This document shows, in pieces, positions 28,847 to 41,780 of a DNA stretch of 64,000 nt (the first letter of the stretch is position 1; each line of letters starts with the position of its first letter). Source of the DNA: Tubulanus polymorphus (lineage: Eukaryota > Animalia > Nemertea). The stretch covers positions 11,119,947 through 11,183,946 of the forward strand of contig NC_134030.1 of assembly GCF_964204645.1 (NCBI RefSeq), written 5' to 3'. The notes under the pieces were generated by a model. That model saw only the letters and a list, made by a program, of their open reading frames with translations. It was not told the origin of the DNA and made no database searches. A program made the translations under genes and the position numbers.

Positions 28847-28972
28847 ATGTTCAGTGGTTTTGTGATTTTGAAGATGGACTTTGTAATTTCACCCAAACTG
28901 ATCATATGAAAATCAATACCGCGATGTTTAGTGACACATGGCCGAATACTGATCACACATTATTCGAAAAAG
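28847..28972 (+). CDS. Internal exon encoding the N-terminal part of a MAM domain
   Basis: AG/GT-bounded 126-nt phase 1-1 exon: VQWFCDFEDGLCNFTQ...WPNTDHT, matching the MAM pattern CDFE.GLC.(W/F).Q...P..DHT. Other exons were not identified. Confidence 0.65.
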
Positions 28973-29419
28973 GTAGGCCTAGGTCTCGAAGAGTGCAATG
29001 AGTTGATGTTTGAGTTACAACACTTGTTTTTGGGAAACATTCAACTATTGTCATTATACACTTACATATACCATTTTTTGTTGAATTTTCTCCCTCTTCT
29101 GTGATCCATCCGTCTTCCATTGACAGAATTAAGTTATTTTAAGACGTTTTTCCAAATTCGTTAACGACTAGCCCAATGCTAGCAAATGAGCATTGCAAAT
29201 CCGGCTATTTCTATGGAAATCTCTTCTCGTCTATTGCTTATTTATGACCGTAACACTGTTTCATGGTTTGCTGTTAAAATTTGATATTTTGGGAAGGGGT
29301 ATAAAACATAAGAAAACATCATCGAGCGGGGTTTTCGATCAGTCACCTGTTAACCCCGACTTGAACCCCATATCTATATATTTGCAGCAAGCTCGCACAA
29401 CGGATGGTGAGAGTATTAT

Positions 29420-30040
29420 AATAACAATAATCTTTATTTACATTGAAATTATAACATAATATAACATTCAGTTTTATACACAATTAGATAGATATATAAA
29501 TATGTTATAAAAGTTATAATATAGATGTAGGTGCCCGAGAAGCGAAATGCTTGTAAAAAGGGTCACCTCAACACACTGTTACAATCACACAATCACATAC
29601 ACACTCACATTCATACAAAAGAAAAACCAATAATGTAATAAATGGCGAATAATTAGCTAAATCATATAGTTAGAGATTGTGGTATTTTTGAATTTATATT
29701 TTTAAGTTCACGCAGAGATTTAGAAATTTGTAAACTGTTGGGAAGGTTTTGCCAAAGACTAGGTATTGAACGTAGAAATGAGTTATGAAATACATTTTTT
29801 TCGGTGATAGGAAATTCGTGGAAAATTACGCTGTCGCGTATTATAGCAATGATTTGATGAATTTCTTTTGAATAGACAGATTATTTTAGTTGGAAGTTGG
29901 TTATTAATGAAAAGTTTTGCATATTTTATTGATTCAAATTTAATTAGGTCATCAAATTTAAGAATTTTGAAGCCTTGGAATAACGGATTTGATGGGCTGT
30001 TGTATTTTGTTTTGCCTATAATTCTAATATATCCTTGTCT
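29420..30040 (-). mobile_element. 3' fragment of an L2/CR1-type LINE
   Basis: Minus strand reads IRIIGKTKYNSPSNPLFQGFKILKFDDLI..LP..LWQNLP, homologous to the ORF2 C-terminus at 32651-33010. Confidence 0.65.
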
Positions 30041-31335
30041 CCAAAGTCTGAATCAAAATCTGAATTGCCTATCAATACTAGCTTACCCGAACTATTATGA
30101 AAACAAAGAGACATTGAAATTACTAACCGATAAATGCTCGGTGCTGAATTTGTAATTCGAGTCTTGTGCATGGTAAAATGTTTTGTATTTTTTCAAATAT
30201 CTTAATTCCGTATCATAACACAATTCTCGCAAATCTCGACCTCTTGCAGAATTTTTTAACCACTGGCCGATCACTCAACAGCTAGGTAATCTACAGCCAT
30301 CATACGTAGCCGTCATTTTTTTTCCTAACGTAAATAAAATTCCTTTAAGCGAGTGTGGCGAGAAGAGTTAATGAAAATTGAATGATTAAAGATAATATGT
30401 AAAATGCTATCTTTTTTTAACTCCTTTATTTGCGAAGAGAAAGCTGTTACTAGTTGCTTCTCCGTGTTTATTCCTTGGGACTAAAAAACGTATTATCGGT
30501 ACTAGACGGCAGTTTCTGTCAAAATACTTTTTAAGGAACCGCGGTACCGGTACATGTTTGGTCGTAGCACATTTCACGTTTGCAGCCATCTAAAACTGCA
30601 TACGGCCCAACCTAGAGCGACCGTGCTCTAATCTACTAACATCGTCAAAAGTCGATTAACTTCGATAACTGATGTTTGCCTTGGTGCCGATCACTTTGTC
30701 CGACTACGTTCTTACTGCTGCTGCAGCTGGTTACTGGCAGCCAGTGAACGGTATCATAAAAGAATGTCAGATAAAATTGCGATTCGACACCGGGTTTCCC
30801 CGTTACTATTTATAGTGATAGTGAAGAAATTCCGTGTTTTTCAAAAATCCCGCGATTCCGTCATTCCGCGATATGACAACACCGTGCAACTTAGCATGTA
30901 CATGAATACAAATCATGCATTTAGGAAGCTTAATATTGAAAAAAAAGCCTCGTTGAAATTTATAGAAATAAAATTCAAAGCCAATCAGAAAGCAAAGTCT
31001 CCTCTATGATTGGCGCATAAATCTGATAAGGGCCATAACGTACGGAAGAGCAATGCGGCCAACAACATTTTATTTTCAGTTTAAAAAGTCGACTTTTCGA
31101 CTTTGAAAAGTCGACTTTTCGACTTGATAAGTCGACTTTTCGACTTTAAAAAGTCGATTTTATAAGCACGTGGTTACCGGGTGTCAGGAAAAGGTCCATA
31201 AGCGCGCTACTACAGAGACAGACACACGTGAGTGCATCCGCGGACTGAAGTTGATGTCGTTAAAGAAAATATAAGTACATAATCTTTTGAAAACGAGCCA
31301 TTTTTGCTAACATCATTGTTATATCCCATAGAAAC

Positions 31336-31596
31336 ACCCCTGTGAAGCTGGCTCCCGGTTCCCGGTTCCCGATTCGGCTCCCGGGTCAAAAGCATTTTGA
31401 ATCGGGAGCTGAACCAGTAGCCGGCTCCCGGTTCCCGGTTCCCGATTCGGCTCCCGGTTCAACAGCATTTTGAATCGGGAGCTGAACCAGTAGCCGGCTC
31501 CCGGTTCCCGGTTCCCGATTCGGCTCCCGATTCAAAAGCATTTTGAATCGGGAGCCGAATAAGGAACCGGGAACCGGGAGCCAGCTTCACAGGGGT
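31336..31596. mobile_element. Mutator-like MITE with 9-bp TSD
   Basis: ACCCCTGTGAAGCTGGCTCCCGG...CCGGGAGCCAGCTTCACAGGGGT; TSD CATAGAAAC at 31327-31335 and 31597-31605; three internal ~72-bp tandem units. Confidence 0.85.
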
Positions 31597-32650
31597 CATA
31601 GAAACACATTATTATTCGAAAATGGAATTATTAAATTCGTGGAATCAGTTGTAAAGCTGAAAAAAGAAATACGGTTATGATTGGGTCAGGATAAAGACTA
31701 AGCAATAAGTAACCTGGCAGACTAGGTTGAGGCAAATGTATGATTCATCAGTGGAACACTGACCGAGGCTACAATATTGTAACCTAGGTCGGTTGACTTG
31801 CGCGGATTTATCTGCATACACTGACTGAGGCTACAATATTGTAACCTAGGTCGGTTTACTGCATTATATTTGCAGTATTCACTAATCCAAGATTAAGATC
31901 AGTCAGTTAACTTGATCAGTTTTTGAAGTTATTGCTGGTCCGATATCAGTCGGTTGATTTGTAGTTTTGACTAACGAGGAATCCAAAAGTGTTTCAGTCA
32001 AACGTCTTCTATCATTGAGGAATGACTTGAACAGTTAGGAATGTACATCGTACACATTCCAAATTAAGGGTTTAAAAGAAGTTTAAGTGCGAGCCTTATA
32101 CTTATATTGCGCAATTGCCATGATTGATACGAAAACGTTTCTAGAATCGGATGACAATTTATATAGAATTGGAGTCAGATGTGCATTGTTTTGGGGGTGT
32201 TCCGAACTTCGCTGAATCACTGAATCGTTGATTATTATATTAATTTCGCTGATTTGAATTTACGCTGTATCCATGTACATTTTACATATTCTAAAGAAAA
32301 TGTTTCATTTGACCGATTCATTGATTTGATTTGATTTGAACACTTTATTTTTCAAATATAATTTACAGCATAGTGTACAAAGCATAATACAAAATACAGT
32401 AAATTAGACCTGGAGGGGCCTGTAGAAACTAAGGAATAGTTTGTATAAAACAGGTCCCTCAAAAGAGAAAAGAAAAAAAGAGAAATGCAATAAAGAAAAT
32501 AATATGCTCACAGTCAACCCTTAACACACAAAATGCAATCAAGGTAAACTATGATAACAGCTTGATTAAGATATAATCATTTAATAAGCCAGTTATTTTC
32601 TGAAATATTCCAAAAACAATAATTTTAGTTCGAATAACTGTATGATAAAA

Positions 32651-35598
32651 TCAAGCACAAAGTTGCTTTCTATAATTTCTTAGGAACAGTTTAGAATTTT
32701 CCATGTTTTTTAGATTTTCACTGATGTTATTCCAAAGTAAAGGGCCGGATACTTTTACTGAAAATTTTCTTCTTAGACTATTGAAAGAAAGTGTTTGTAA
32801 ATCTTGACGTCGCCGAGTATTGTGACTGTGGATTTGAAAATTTTGGTTCCAATAATTTTCGAATGATTTCGGTAATTCGGAGTGGACAGATCTGTAGATA
32901 AAAGTACCTAGCTGAAGTTTATTAATATCTTTGAGCTTGAGGATATTAAAAGCTTTGAATAAAGGGTCAGTGTGCGCCAAATAATAGGAATTAGAAATTA
33001 GCCTGATAGCTCTTTTTTGCAATACAATTAATGGCTGAAGTTTATTTTCAAAATTTCGTCCCCAAACTAAGTTACAATACTGGAGGTAAGGATCAATAAG
33101 CGACAAATAAAGGGTACGAAGAGAACTCACTGGCAGCTTATGTCTTACTCTATTAATTATACCAATGCTTCGAGAAACTTTTTTTTCAACTGATTTTATT
33201 TGATCGTCCCAGGTTAAATTTCTGTCAATAAAAACTCCAAGAAAATTTGTGACATTGACTTGTTTGATCTCTATATTGTTAATTGATATTCTCAAGTTAT
33301 GTTTCAATAGTTTACCGAACACCATAAATGACGTCTTCTTTACATTTAATGACAGCTTGTTTGTTTGAAACCAGGTATACAATTTTGATAATTCAATGTT
33401 TACTGTACGTACTAATCTGTCTAAATTAATGTCACTATAAAAGGCATTTGTGTCATCGGCAAACAATATAAGTTTTAACACATTAGAAAATTTAATACAG
33501 TCGTTTACATATAATAAAAAAAGCAAGGGACCTAAAATTGAGCCTTGGGGTACTCCAGTTTTAACGGTACATAACGAGGATTTATAATTTTGAATTTGAA
33601 CAAATTGTTTTCTATTCTTCAAATAGTCTTCAAACCAGTTGTTAGAGATGCCTCTTATTCCATAAAAACATAATTTTCTTAATAAGATTTCGTGATCAAC
33701 GGTGTCAAAGGCTTTTGATAAATCTAAGAATACCCCAATATTTGATTTGTTTTCTTCTAAATTTTGTGAAATTTCATCAGTTATCAATGTTAAGGCCATG
33801 GCAGTTGAATGGTTCTTTCGAAAGCCGAACTGGTTTGGTTGAATGATATGAAACTTGTAACAATATTCGGTTAATCGATTATACACTATCTTTTCGAGAA
33901 TTTTAGAAAAGCAAGGCAGTACGGATATCGGTCTGTAATTATCAAAAGAGTCATTATTGCCAGCTTTATAGAGTGGACGTATTCGCGCTACCTTCAGTTC
34001 AGCCGGCACTATACCGGAATTTAAGCTACAGTTAAATATATGAGTTAGCGGGTATTTTACAGAATCAATTATTTTCTTAACTACTTTTACAGAGAAACCA
34101 TCAGCACCAGCGCCTTTGCTGGGTGAGAAATCATTTACAATCTGACTGATTTCATCAGGGTGGGTCGGGAAAAAGAAAAAGTTTTCATTTACTGGATTTG
34201 TCAGATATTCACTGAAGTGGACACCTGTATCTGGTATTTGATTGGCTAGGTTGCTACCAATATTTACAAAGAAAGAATTAAATTCATTAGCGATATTTTC
34301 ATAGCCGTTTACAACGATACCGTTCCTTTTGAAAGAGCAAGGTAATCTACACCGATCATTAGAAGATTTTCCAATTAGACTGTTTAAGATATTCTATGAT
34401 TTTTTCATGTCGGATTTGGCTGCAAGTAATTTAGTCTCATAATACTTTTTCTCGGCATATTTGAGTGTACGAGACAAGGTACGTTTGTAATTCAAATAAT
34501 TTTTCAAATGTGATCTATTACGCAAAGATTTTCTGTACAAGCGATTTTTGTGTTTAATACATTTCAATAATCCAGATGATAACCACGGTTTATGTAATTT
34601 ATTTTCGTTTATTTTACGGGGAGTTGAAAAAGGAAAACATTCATTATATAATTCCATGAATTTAGTGTTAAATGCGCTGTATGAGAGTTGCGGGTCTGCA
34701 TTACTATAGATATCCGACCAATCAGTGGCCAGAAGAGCTCTATTGAATTTTGAAGTGTTACGTTCACAATAGTTTCTGTTCGAAGTCACCTCTTGGTCAA
34801 TTTTGGGCTCAACGTGATTACAGACAGTAAAAATAGGAAAATGATCCGAAATATCGGTACAAATAATACCCGTACTAAACACATGGCGAATATCGTTACA
34901 AAAAATATTATCTATAAGCGTCGAGGATGTGGGAGTGATTCTTGTGGGTTTATCAACTAATGGAATGAACCCAAATGAAGTCATATTTTCAAAATAGTTA
35001 TCAGTTGGTCTGTGGGCGTTAACTTGTAGTAAATCGATATTGAAATCGCCCATAAGATAGCATACTTTGTCTTCTCTATTAAGTTTCACTAAAAGTGGAA
35101 TTAATTCATTATTAAAGCCATTTATGCTTTGTCCGGGTGGTCGATAGATCAGACCAATTTATTTATTTTTTTCTTTTTCAAGAATCAATTCAATAAATAG
35201 ACATTCAAAAGTATTTCTATCCTCGGATAGATCTGGTCTAAGTTTCACATTAAAACTTTCTTTGAAAAATAGGGCCAAACCTCCTCCCTGACAATTTTTT
35301 CTACACTTAAAAACACTTTTCATACCTGGGAGATTATACAGCCTGCCATTATCATGAAGTTCGCTAGTCCAGGTTTCGGTTAACCCGAAAATAGAAAAGT
35401 CAGTTTTTAAATTGCTCAAAAAATATGAAAATGTATCAAAATTTCTGTTACAACTACGAATGTTTAAAGCACAGATTGAAAAATGTTGCTTTTCAAACTC
35501 TACAGTAGAGTTTACATCAAAGTATTGACATTTGTTATTATTGAAGATGTCGATGATGAATAAGTATAGGGTAGATAATACTCGTTAATAGGTAGCAT
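32651..35598 (-). pseudogene. LINE ORF2 (APE endonuclease + reverse transcriptase) with two in-frame stops and a probable 5' frameshift
   Basis: APE motifs NIRS, LTETW, YRPP, GDFN, SDH; RT motifs YRPIS, QFGFR, FLDLSKAFD, GVPQGSILGP, LFADD. The three ORF pieces are in the same frame, broken by TAA (35159) and TAG (34394). Confidence 0.9.
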
Positions 35599-35600
35599 TA

Positions 35601-37112
35601 TTAGACTGATGTTATCGGTAGATCATCCGGGACTGAAATTCTGTCCTTTTTGGCCACGTGAACAGTTGGGCTAATATCGGATGATGATGTCTGACTTCTG
35701 GTTCGTTTTTTATTCTGATCCGGTGTTAATGCACGAAGAAAGACTTGTGTAAGTTCTTTGGCACCATCGATTCCAATATGGATTCCTGACCTATCAGTTG
35801 AATCAAATAACGACTGGTTAACTGAAAAATTTGGTTGGAATACCAAATCATTGTCTATATAGTTCAAATGATTTTCACTGTCACATAGCTTTCGAAGATA
35901 GTTATTGATCTTTGAGGAAGTGTCATTGTAGGTTAGCGCGGTCTTACTTTTTCCTTTACGCGGTAGTATACTAGATACATTAATTTGAGCGCTGGGAAAT
36001 GTATTTCGAAGGATATTTATCATTTTTGACATATCCAGGATTGTTTGGTCATGATCGTCTTTGTTTCGAGTCATGTCGTTGGTCCCTAGATGGCAGATTA
36101 TCGATTTTATTTTCGCATTTTCAATAGACGGGTCCACTTTCTGGAGAAGTTTATTTACATCATGGGCCGTTGCACCCGAAACGCTGCACACGTGAACGCT
36201 TTCCGGAATATCTGTAAACATCAGGCGAGAGCAGTTCGAGTCACCCATAATAATATGTTTCGGGGGCACAATTGTCGAGCTAGCGGTGCGGCTCTCTGCA
36301 GGTGACATGTCAGTGACGGTAGACTGAGTATGAGTAGGAGTTTTAACTGTGGAATGTGATTTGTCCTCACATGATTGATGATCAGTTATGTCGTCGTCAA
36401 AATTTAGTCTTTTTTCCAACCCCTGTAATATCGGACATTCTGATTTTTTATGCCCTTCCTTACGGCAGTAGAAACATAAAACGCCAGATGGACAATTGGC
36501 TGCTAGATGGTCTGGAGATTTACATTTAAAACAGAGTTTGCGAGTACGCAAGAGACAACGATAATACTGGTGATCCGTTTCACCGCAATACACACACTGC
36601 GTTTTATTATTATCGCAGTAAAGTTGGACTTCAAATCTTCCAAATTTTGAATTAACTGGAATTATACTTTTCACTTTAAGCAATTTAGCATAAATAGAGC
36701 CATTCAAAATATCGGTGTCTTTTATTTTCCCTCTTCTGATACTCCCATTTATTACCTCACCGTATGTCGATAATTGGGAGGCAATGAACGCATCTGATAA
36801 TTCAACTGGTGCATCTTTAATTGTAACGTTCGTAACATCTTGTACATCGTCAGCTTTATCAACTTTTAACGTGCGGTCTCTTATGTTCGGTGGATTTTTT
36901 ATGAAATCCTCAACTGCACTCGTGTCCTTGAACGTAATTCTACACTCACCAGTTTTTGTGATTTGAATCGCACGCACTCGAACTGATTTAGATCCCAGGG
37001 CTGATAGGATATCACTTTCCGTAATCCTTCCACCATAACAAACGACCGTGAGAGGTCTTTTTAGATCCATGTTTAAACTTGCGGCTAACTGAGAATTGAG
37101 GTAAAAATCCAA
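35601..37112 (-). CDS. LINE ORF1: RRM-like region, three CCHC zinc knuckles, SGNH/GDSL esterase domain
   Basis: Knuckles CVYCGETDHQYYRC, CFKCKSPDHLAANC and CFYCRKEGHKKSEC; esterase blocks IIMGDSN, SVSGAT, HLGTND and DRSGIH. The ORF call opens on TTG; first ATG is at about 37070. Confidence 0.88.
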   Translation of the reverse strand: MDFYLNSQLAASLNMDLKRPLTVVCYGGRITESDILSALGSKSVRVRAIQITKTGECRITFKDTSAVEDFIKNPPNIRDRTLKVDKADDVQDVTNVTIKDAPVELSDAFIASQLSTYGEVINGSIRRGKIKDTDILNGSIYAKLLKVKSIIPVNSKFGRFEVQLYCDNNKTQCVYCGETDHQYYRCLLRTRKLCFKCKSPDHLAANCPSGVLCFYCRKEGHKKSECPILQGLEKRLNFDDDITDHQSCEDKSHSTVKTPTHTQSTVTDMSPAESRTASSTIVPPKHIIMGDSNCSRLMFTDIPESVHVCSVSGATAHDVNKLLQKVDPSIENAKIKSIICHLGTNDMTRNKDDHDQTILDMSKMINILRNTFPSAQINVSSILPRKGKSKTALTYNDTSSKINNYLRKLCDSENHLNYIDNDLVFQPNFSVNQSLFDSTDRSGIHIGIDGAKELTQVFLRALTPDQNKKRTRSQTSSSDISPTVHVAKKDRISVPDDLPITSV

Positions 37113-37150
37113 AAAACCATATCAGTGACGGAGAAGCGACTCCAACACCG

Positions 37151-37160
37151 CCGCCATTTT
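37151..37160 (-). promoter_or_regulatory. YY1-type site at the LINE 5' end
   Basis: CCGCCATTTT matches the YY1 consensus and lies about 40 bp upstream of ORF1. Confidence 0.4.
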
Positions 37161-40100
37161 GAATCAGTTTTTCAATTCATCATTGATAAATTTCATTACG
37201 TATATTATATAAAAATTGAGTTGGATTACGGTAACGAATGTATTTTGCGGAGAGCGGTAACGGCTTTCGGCTTACGTCATTGGTACATCGATGTAGTCTC
37301 ACGGCTTTAATAGTGATTCGCCCTGGGGACCCGAGTTTCAGATATGACAGAAAAATATACAAAAAATCGTGACGTTGAGGCAACGATTGAAATGAAATCA
37401 TTTGACTGCTGGATGTAATCACAAATAACAAATAAATGACGCCGAAATAGTCTACCTTTCAATTCAGTTGGTTTTCCACAGTAGCTGTTTGAAAGAGTCT
37501 ACTGCTGAAAAGTGACTGTTGTAAAACATCTGATGTGCTAGTGTGCTAGCATTTTGATAGTGCACACTGGCAGTACATGTGACTGTAACCAACCGATTGT
37601 AAACAGCGACGATAGTAACTCCTACCACAATAGCTACTCTCAAAACACATCGTTTCTAAAAGTCAACTAGTGAAAAATTGACCATTTTGAGATGGCACAG
37701 TAATTTCCTGTTCAAAATAGCCACATCTGTTTAAGATTTGCAGTGATACGTGACAGGGTCAAAGGTACTGTTAAACCCCATATGCTTTGTATACAGAACT
37801 CTGTATGCTTTGAATACAGTTCTGTCAATAGAAATCCTAGTTTCTGAGTTGCTAAGAACCCCCTAAATTATATCACGCTCAACAAAATGGGAATAACCAA
37901 TAGTAAAACTATTGATTTATATAACATCATTATGGATTCAATCCGTTCAAACAAGTATTGTGCCAGATCTAATTTAGAATTTTATGATTTTTGTTTTATA
38001 TTTGCGATTATAAAACATGCTGGTGCATTCATACTGTCATAAATCTTTGATTCTGTAGAAATGAATTTGTCTTTTTTGAATTTGGCTTCATTTGTCTTCA
38101 AGGATATATGAGAGACGAAAATACAAATAAAATCATATGTTCATGGAATGGATTATGTCTTTAGATCTCTTTACTTGGATGAAATACTACAAAAAATTTT
38201 CCCAAAAAATGTATCTAAAATACTTAGAATTAACCTACATTTATTGTTTATTTCGATACAATCAATTTTTAAGTAATCCATGTGATGTTCACTTTGTCAC
38301 GCTGTTCTCTGCTTAATGTTCGTTTATGAATATTGAACCCTTTAACGCTTGTTAGAATTGATACCTTAACCGAAATTTCATTTCATAGTTATACAGTTTG
38401 GTTGAAATGATATTACAACTTCTAATATAAGATCAAAATAATAGTGCATTATATTATAATCTAATACCCATTACTCACTGAGGGTATGCTAGTGAGAATA
38501 AGCCTAACAATTATCATTATTGATTGAATAAATACTGAAATAAATTCAGTTGAGATGTTCACGTAGTTTTGAAATCAGTTATTCCAATTTGATAAAAAAC
38601 CTCTTCTGGTCTAAGTAAAAGAATGCAAGGCTGAAATTTCCGTTTCACATGCTTTCCTACTTTGTTGAGTAAATCGTTTGTATAGGTTATCAAAAGCCCA
38701 GCAGCAGCTATCAGTCAACAGGTGAATTACACTGGCTAACGAGACAGTGATTGATGAACGAATAAACAAACTGCACTGACCACCAAAAATAATGTCCTCT
38801 TAATAGTAATAAAGTTAGCACCTCAAAACTCTATTTGAAGATGCCAATGAAATAAAATGCCAATGAATCGCTGAATTTTAAGGTACTTTATCAGTTTTTC
38901 TCCAACTCATTTTCTCAAATTATCGTAGAATAAAAACTACTTTTATATCAGTGGCACCATATTCTACGACAAAAAGGCATTCATGGTAAGAATAACGTTA
39001 CCAATTCGTTAGATTGGAAGTGAATGCAGGCTAGGACCAACAAAGGTGCCGATTTAAGATGCCGATAGACAGAGAATCTCTCCCGTAGCGACTGACACGG
39101 TTGCATATACCTTCCGTGGCGACAAGTAATAATTTTCTATCTAAACGACTACATGACCCGAAGTAGTCGAATAGAACACTAATCCGATAAATGAAGAAAT
39201 TCTGCAATAAAATTTTATACGATGACATTTAATTATCAAAATTAAACCGCAACAACTTTCGGATTTTCAGTGACTGCCATCTGACTTAAAGCTCAAATCA
39301 CTGGAATGTCTACATTCCACCTGATGATGGCTGTTAGTCAACAGTCAAAACGTTGCGGTTTCATCTCAATACATGTTATCATATTAAGAGTTCTATCACG
39401 GTATTTCTTCATTCATGACCTCACGGTGAAGATCACCGAAGGCCGTTACTGTAATCCAAATGAAATCTTGAATACTATACGAAATTTCTTATTTCTATTA
39501 AATTCGGCCTCAGTTCGGAAGATTTCTTTAGAATGCATTGATAGATCCACATAAATCTATTATAGATACAGCATATTTTATTTTTTTAAATCAACATTTC
39601 AGCGAAATTAATATAAAATCATGGGAGGTTCGAACACTCCAAAATGCACATCTAAATTTATGATGCAAAGACATCCAGACCCCCGTTGAAAATAAACCAC
39701 CATTTCAATAATGAGAGGTTAGCCTGAATTTATGATTACGCTTCTAATTTAAGAAATTAAATCAAAATATGAATGCAGACATGCTTGAAAATAGCTGCAT
39801 TTGTTAAAATCGAATTCTGCATTAAACAAATATCGCCATAAAAAGAAGGAAGTTTCGATTCATCGTAAAACGCCATAACCAATGACAATTTGTAAACTAA
39901 TTTACTCCAATCTCGATTTTTATTGGTTAGACTATCTTCAGAGCTTAACTGAGACACTCAAAATACAACTATATCCCAAACTATAGCGTGGGTATAGAAT
40001 TTCCACTAGTTTCTCAATGTGTTCATGTTGTCACGTATCACCGCAAATCTTAAGTGGCTACTAAGTAAAAGAAGACGTTTAGGCTCAAATGTGCGATAGA

Positions 40101-41269
40101 CGTTCTTGGATTTAGAGAACAATACAGAGACATGGGGCCAGGCCCTCATCCATTTTTCTGACGCTTGAACATAATTTTTTTCATCGCCTGCTGTTAAAGG
40201 ATACCAGTGTAAAACCGTTATTGTCGTATTTCTGCATAGCGTTACATTCTGAAATTCCTCAACAGTTCGTGGGCTTAGATAGATTTTAACCTTCATTTTA
40301 GACATTAGATAATCTTAGCCTCATTGAATCTATTGTAATCGTTATTATCCTTTTTCACATAAAACATGCCTGAAATTGTGAGCATATACCATTCCTAATT
40401 TCAACTAAGAAAGTGCTCAGAAAGCACCTAAACGCATCTCATTCTTCAAAGACCACACCCCTTTGTGCCTTATGCACCTGTGGCCCTTTCTCCAAAAGCT
40501 AGATTCTGGAACATTTTACTGAATTACTCAATGGCATTTATTTCAAGTCTGCCCCCCCCCGCGATCATGCCACTCTCCAAAAGCGTCTTCTTTTCAGTTT
40601 GGATTCGCTTGCCAGATTCCCTGTTATAAATAGCGACATATGCTTCAGATTTGCAGTGATACGTGACAATATAACCAGCGTATAAACAGTAGTGCAAAAC
40701 TGTATGCAAACGCTATATAGTTTTCAGGGCAGTTAAAATATTCTGAATATGCTCTTTGAGGATGTGAAATATATGTGCGATAAAACTCTAACCGATAACC
40801 ATCGAGCTAAATCTGTTTGTATAATGTGATAAGTTTTGAAGTTTTAAGATTGATCGAAATTGCCTTTATTTCATGGCAATAATTTAATGAAAATTCAATT
40901 GGAAGATTAAATGCAGCTTTTTCAAGTATAGGTAACATGATTTTTGATTATTTTTGTCATTAAAATGGTTTATTTTCGGAAAAATACCCCTGTAAATATC
41001 CCCCGGTAAAAATCTCCTCTATGTAAATGTCCCCCTTGCTAACAGCAACATTTAATAAAATACTTCAATATTCTGATTTTGAAAAGCTTAAATCGTTTCA
41101 AAAATTTCAAATTTTCCGTGTTGTCTTTCCCAATATTCATCATGAATAATCTGTGACTTTTACTAAGCTGCGTACCTACATATAAGATGACATAATTCGT
41201 GACTTTTAGCAAGCAACATGCATAAAAAATGATGATATTATCAGATGTAAGATAAAACCCACTATTTAA

Positions 41270-41370
41270 AGATTAAAAGAAATCTAAAATCGAGAATTAT
41301 TTATTGAAATAATCTAAAACGTAAGAACATGGCGTTTCGATCTCACACTAGAGACCATCGTCAGGTGTGA
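41270..41370 (-). mobile_element. 3' terminal part of a Penelope-like element with a degenerate hammerhead-ribozyme motif
   Basis: Minus strand CTGACGA-T-GGTCTC-tagtgt-GAGATC-GAAAC followed by AATAAA; collinear with the GIY-YIG remnant on the other side of the Maverick. Confidence 0.6.
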
Positions 41371-41376
41371 GATATT

Positions 41377-41780
41377 AGTAGTATAGTCAGAGGGGGGTTC
41401 TGGCACAGCTAACTTTTGGGCTAACTGTGCTAATGTGAGCTAACTTTGAGCTAATGTAAGCTAACTTTTGAGCTAATCTGAGCTAACTTTTGAGCTAATC
41501 TGAGCTAATGTCGGTTAACATCTGAGCAAACTTTTGAGCTAATCTGAGCTAATGTTGGTTAACATCTGAGCTAATCTGAGCAAACTGTTGAGCTAATGTG
41601 AGCTAATATCGGTTAACATCTGAGCTAATTTGAGCTAATGTCGGTTAACATCTGAGCTAATCTGAGCTAACATTGAGCTAATGTGAGTGAATGAATGTTA
41701 ATACCGAGCTAATGTGAACTAGTTATCGGGCTAATGTCTATGTGTTATATGGAGCTAATGTGGGTTAACTATTGAGTTAG
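41377..41780 (+). repeat. Maverick left TIR (404 bp) made of GAGCTAA / GGTTAAC short repeats
   Basis: Reverse complement of 55444-55847; one mismatch noticed by eye. Confidence 0.95.

Larger units (their letters stand above)
32320..37160 (-). mobile_element. Near full-length CR1/L2-type LINE retrotransposon
   Basis: ORF1, APE-RT ORF2, 3'UTR stem-loop, and AATAAA followed by a (TCAAA)n tail at about 32320-32340. Confidence 0.92.

Noticed and set aside
32310-37170. TSD for the full-length LINE
   Set aside because: No convincing direct repeat at both ends, so the boundaries are approximate.
39030-40310. ORFs of 65-99 aa inside the IS3EU interior, considered as a second IS3EU gene
   Set aside because: No domain recognisable by eye; a translated profile search is needed.
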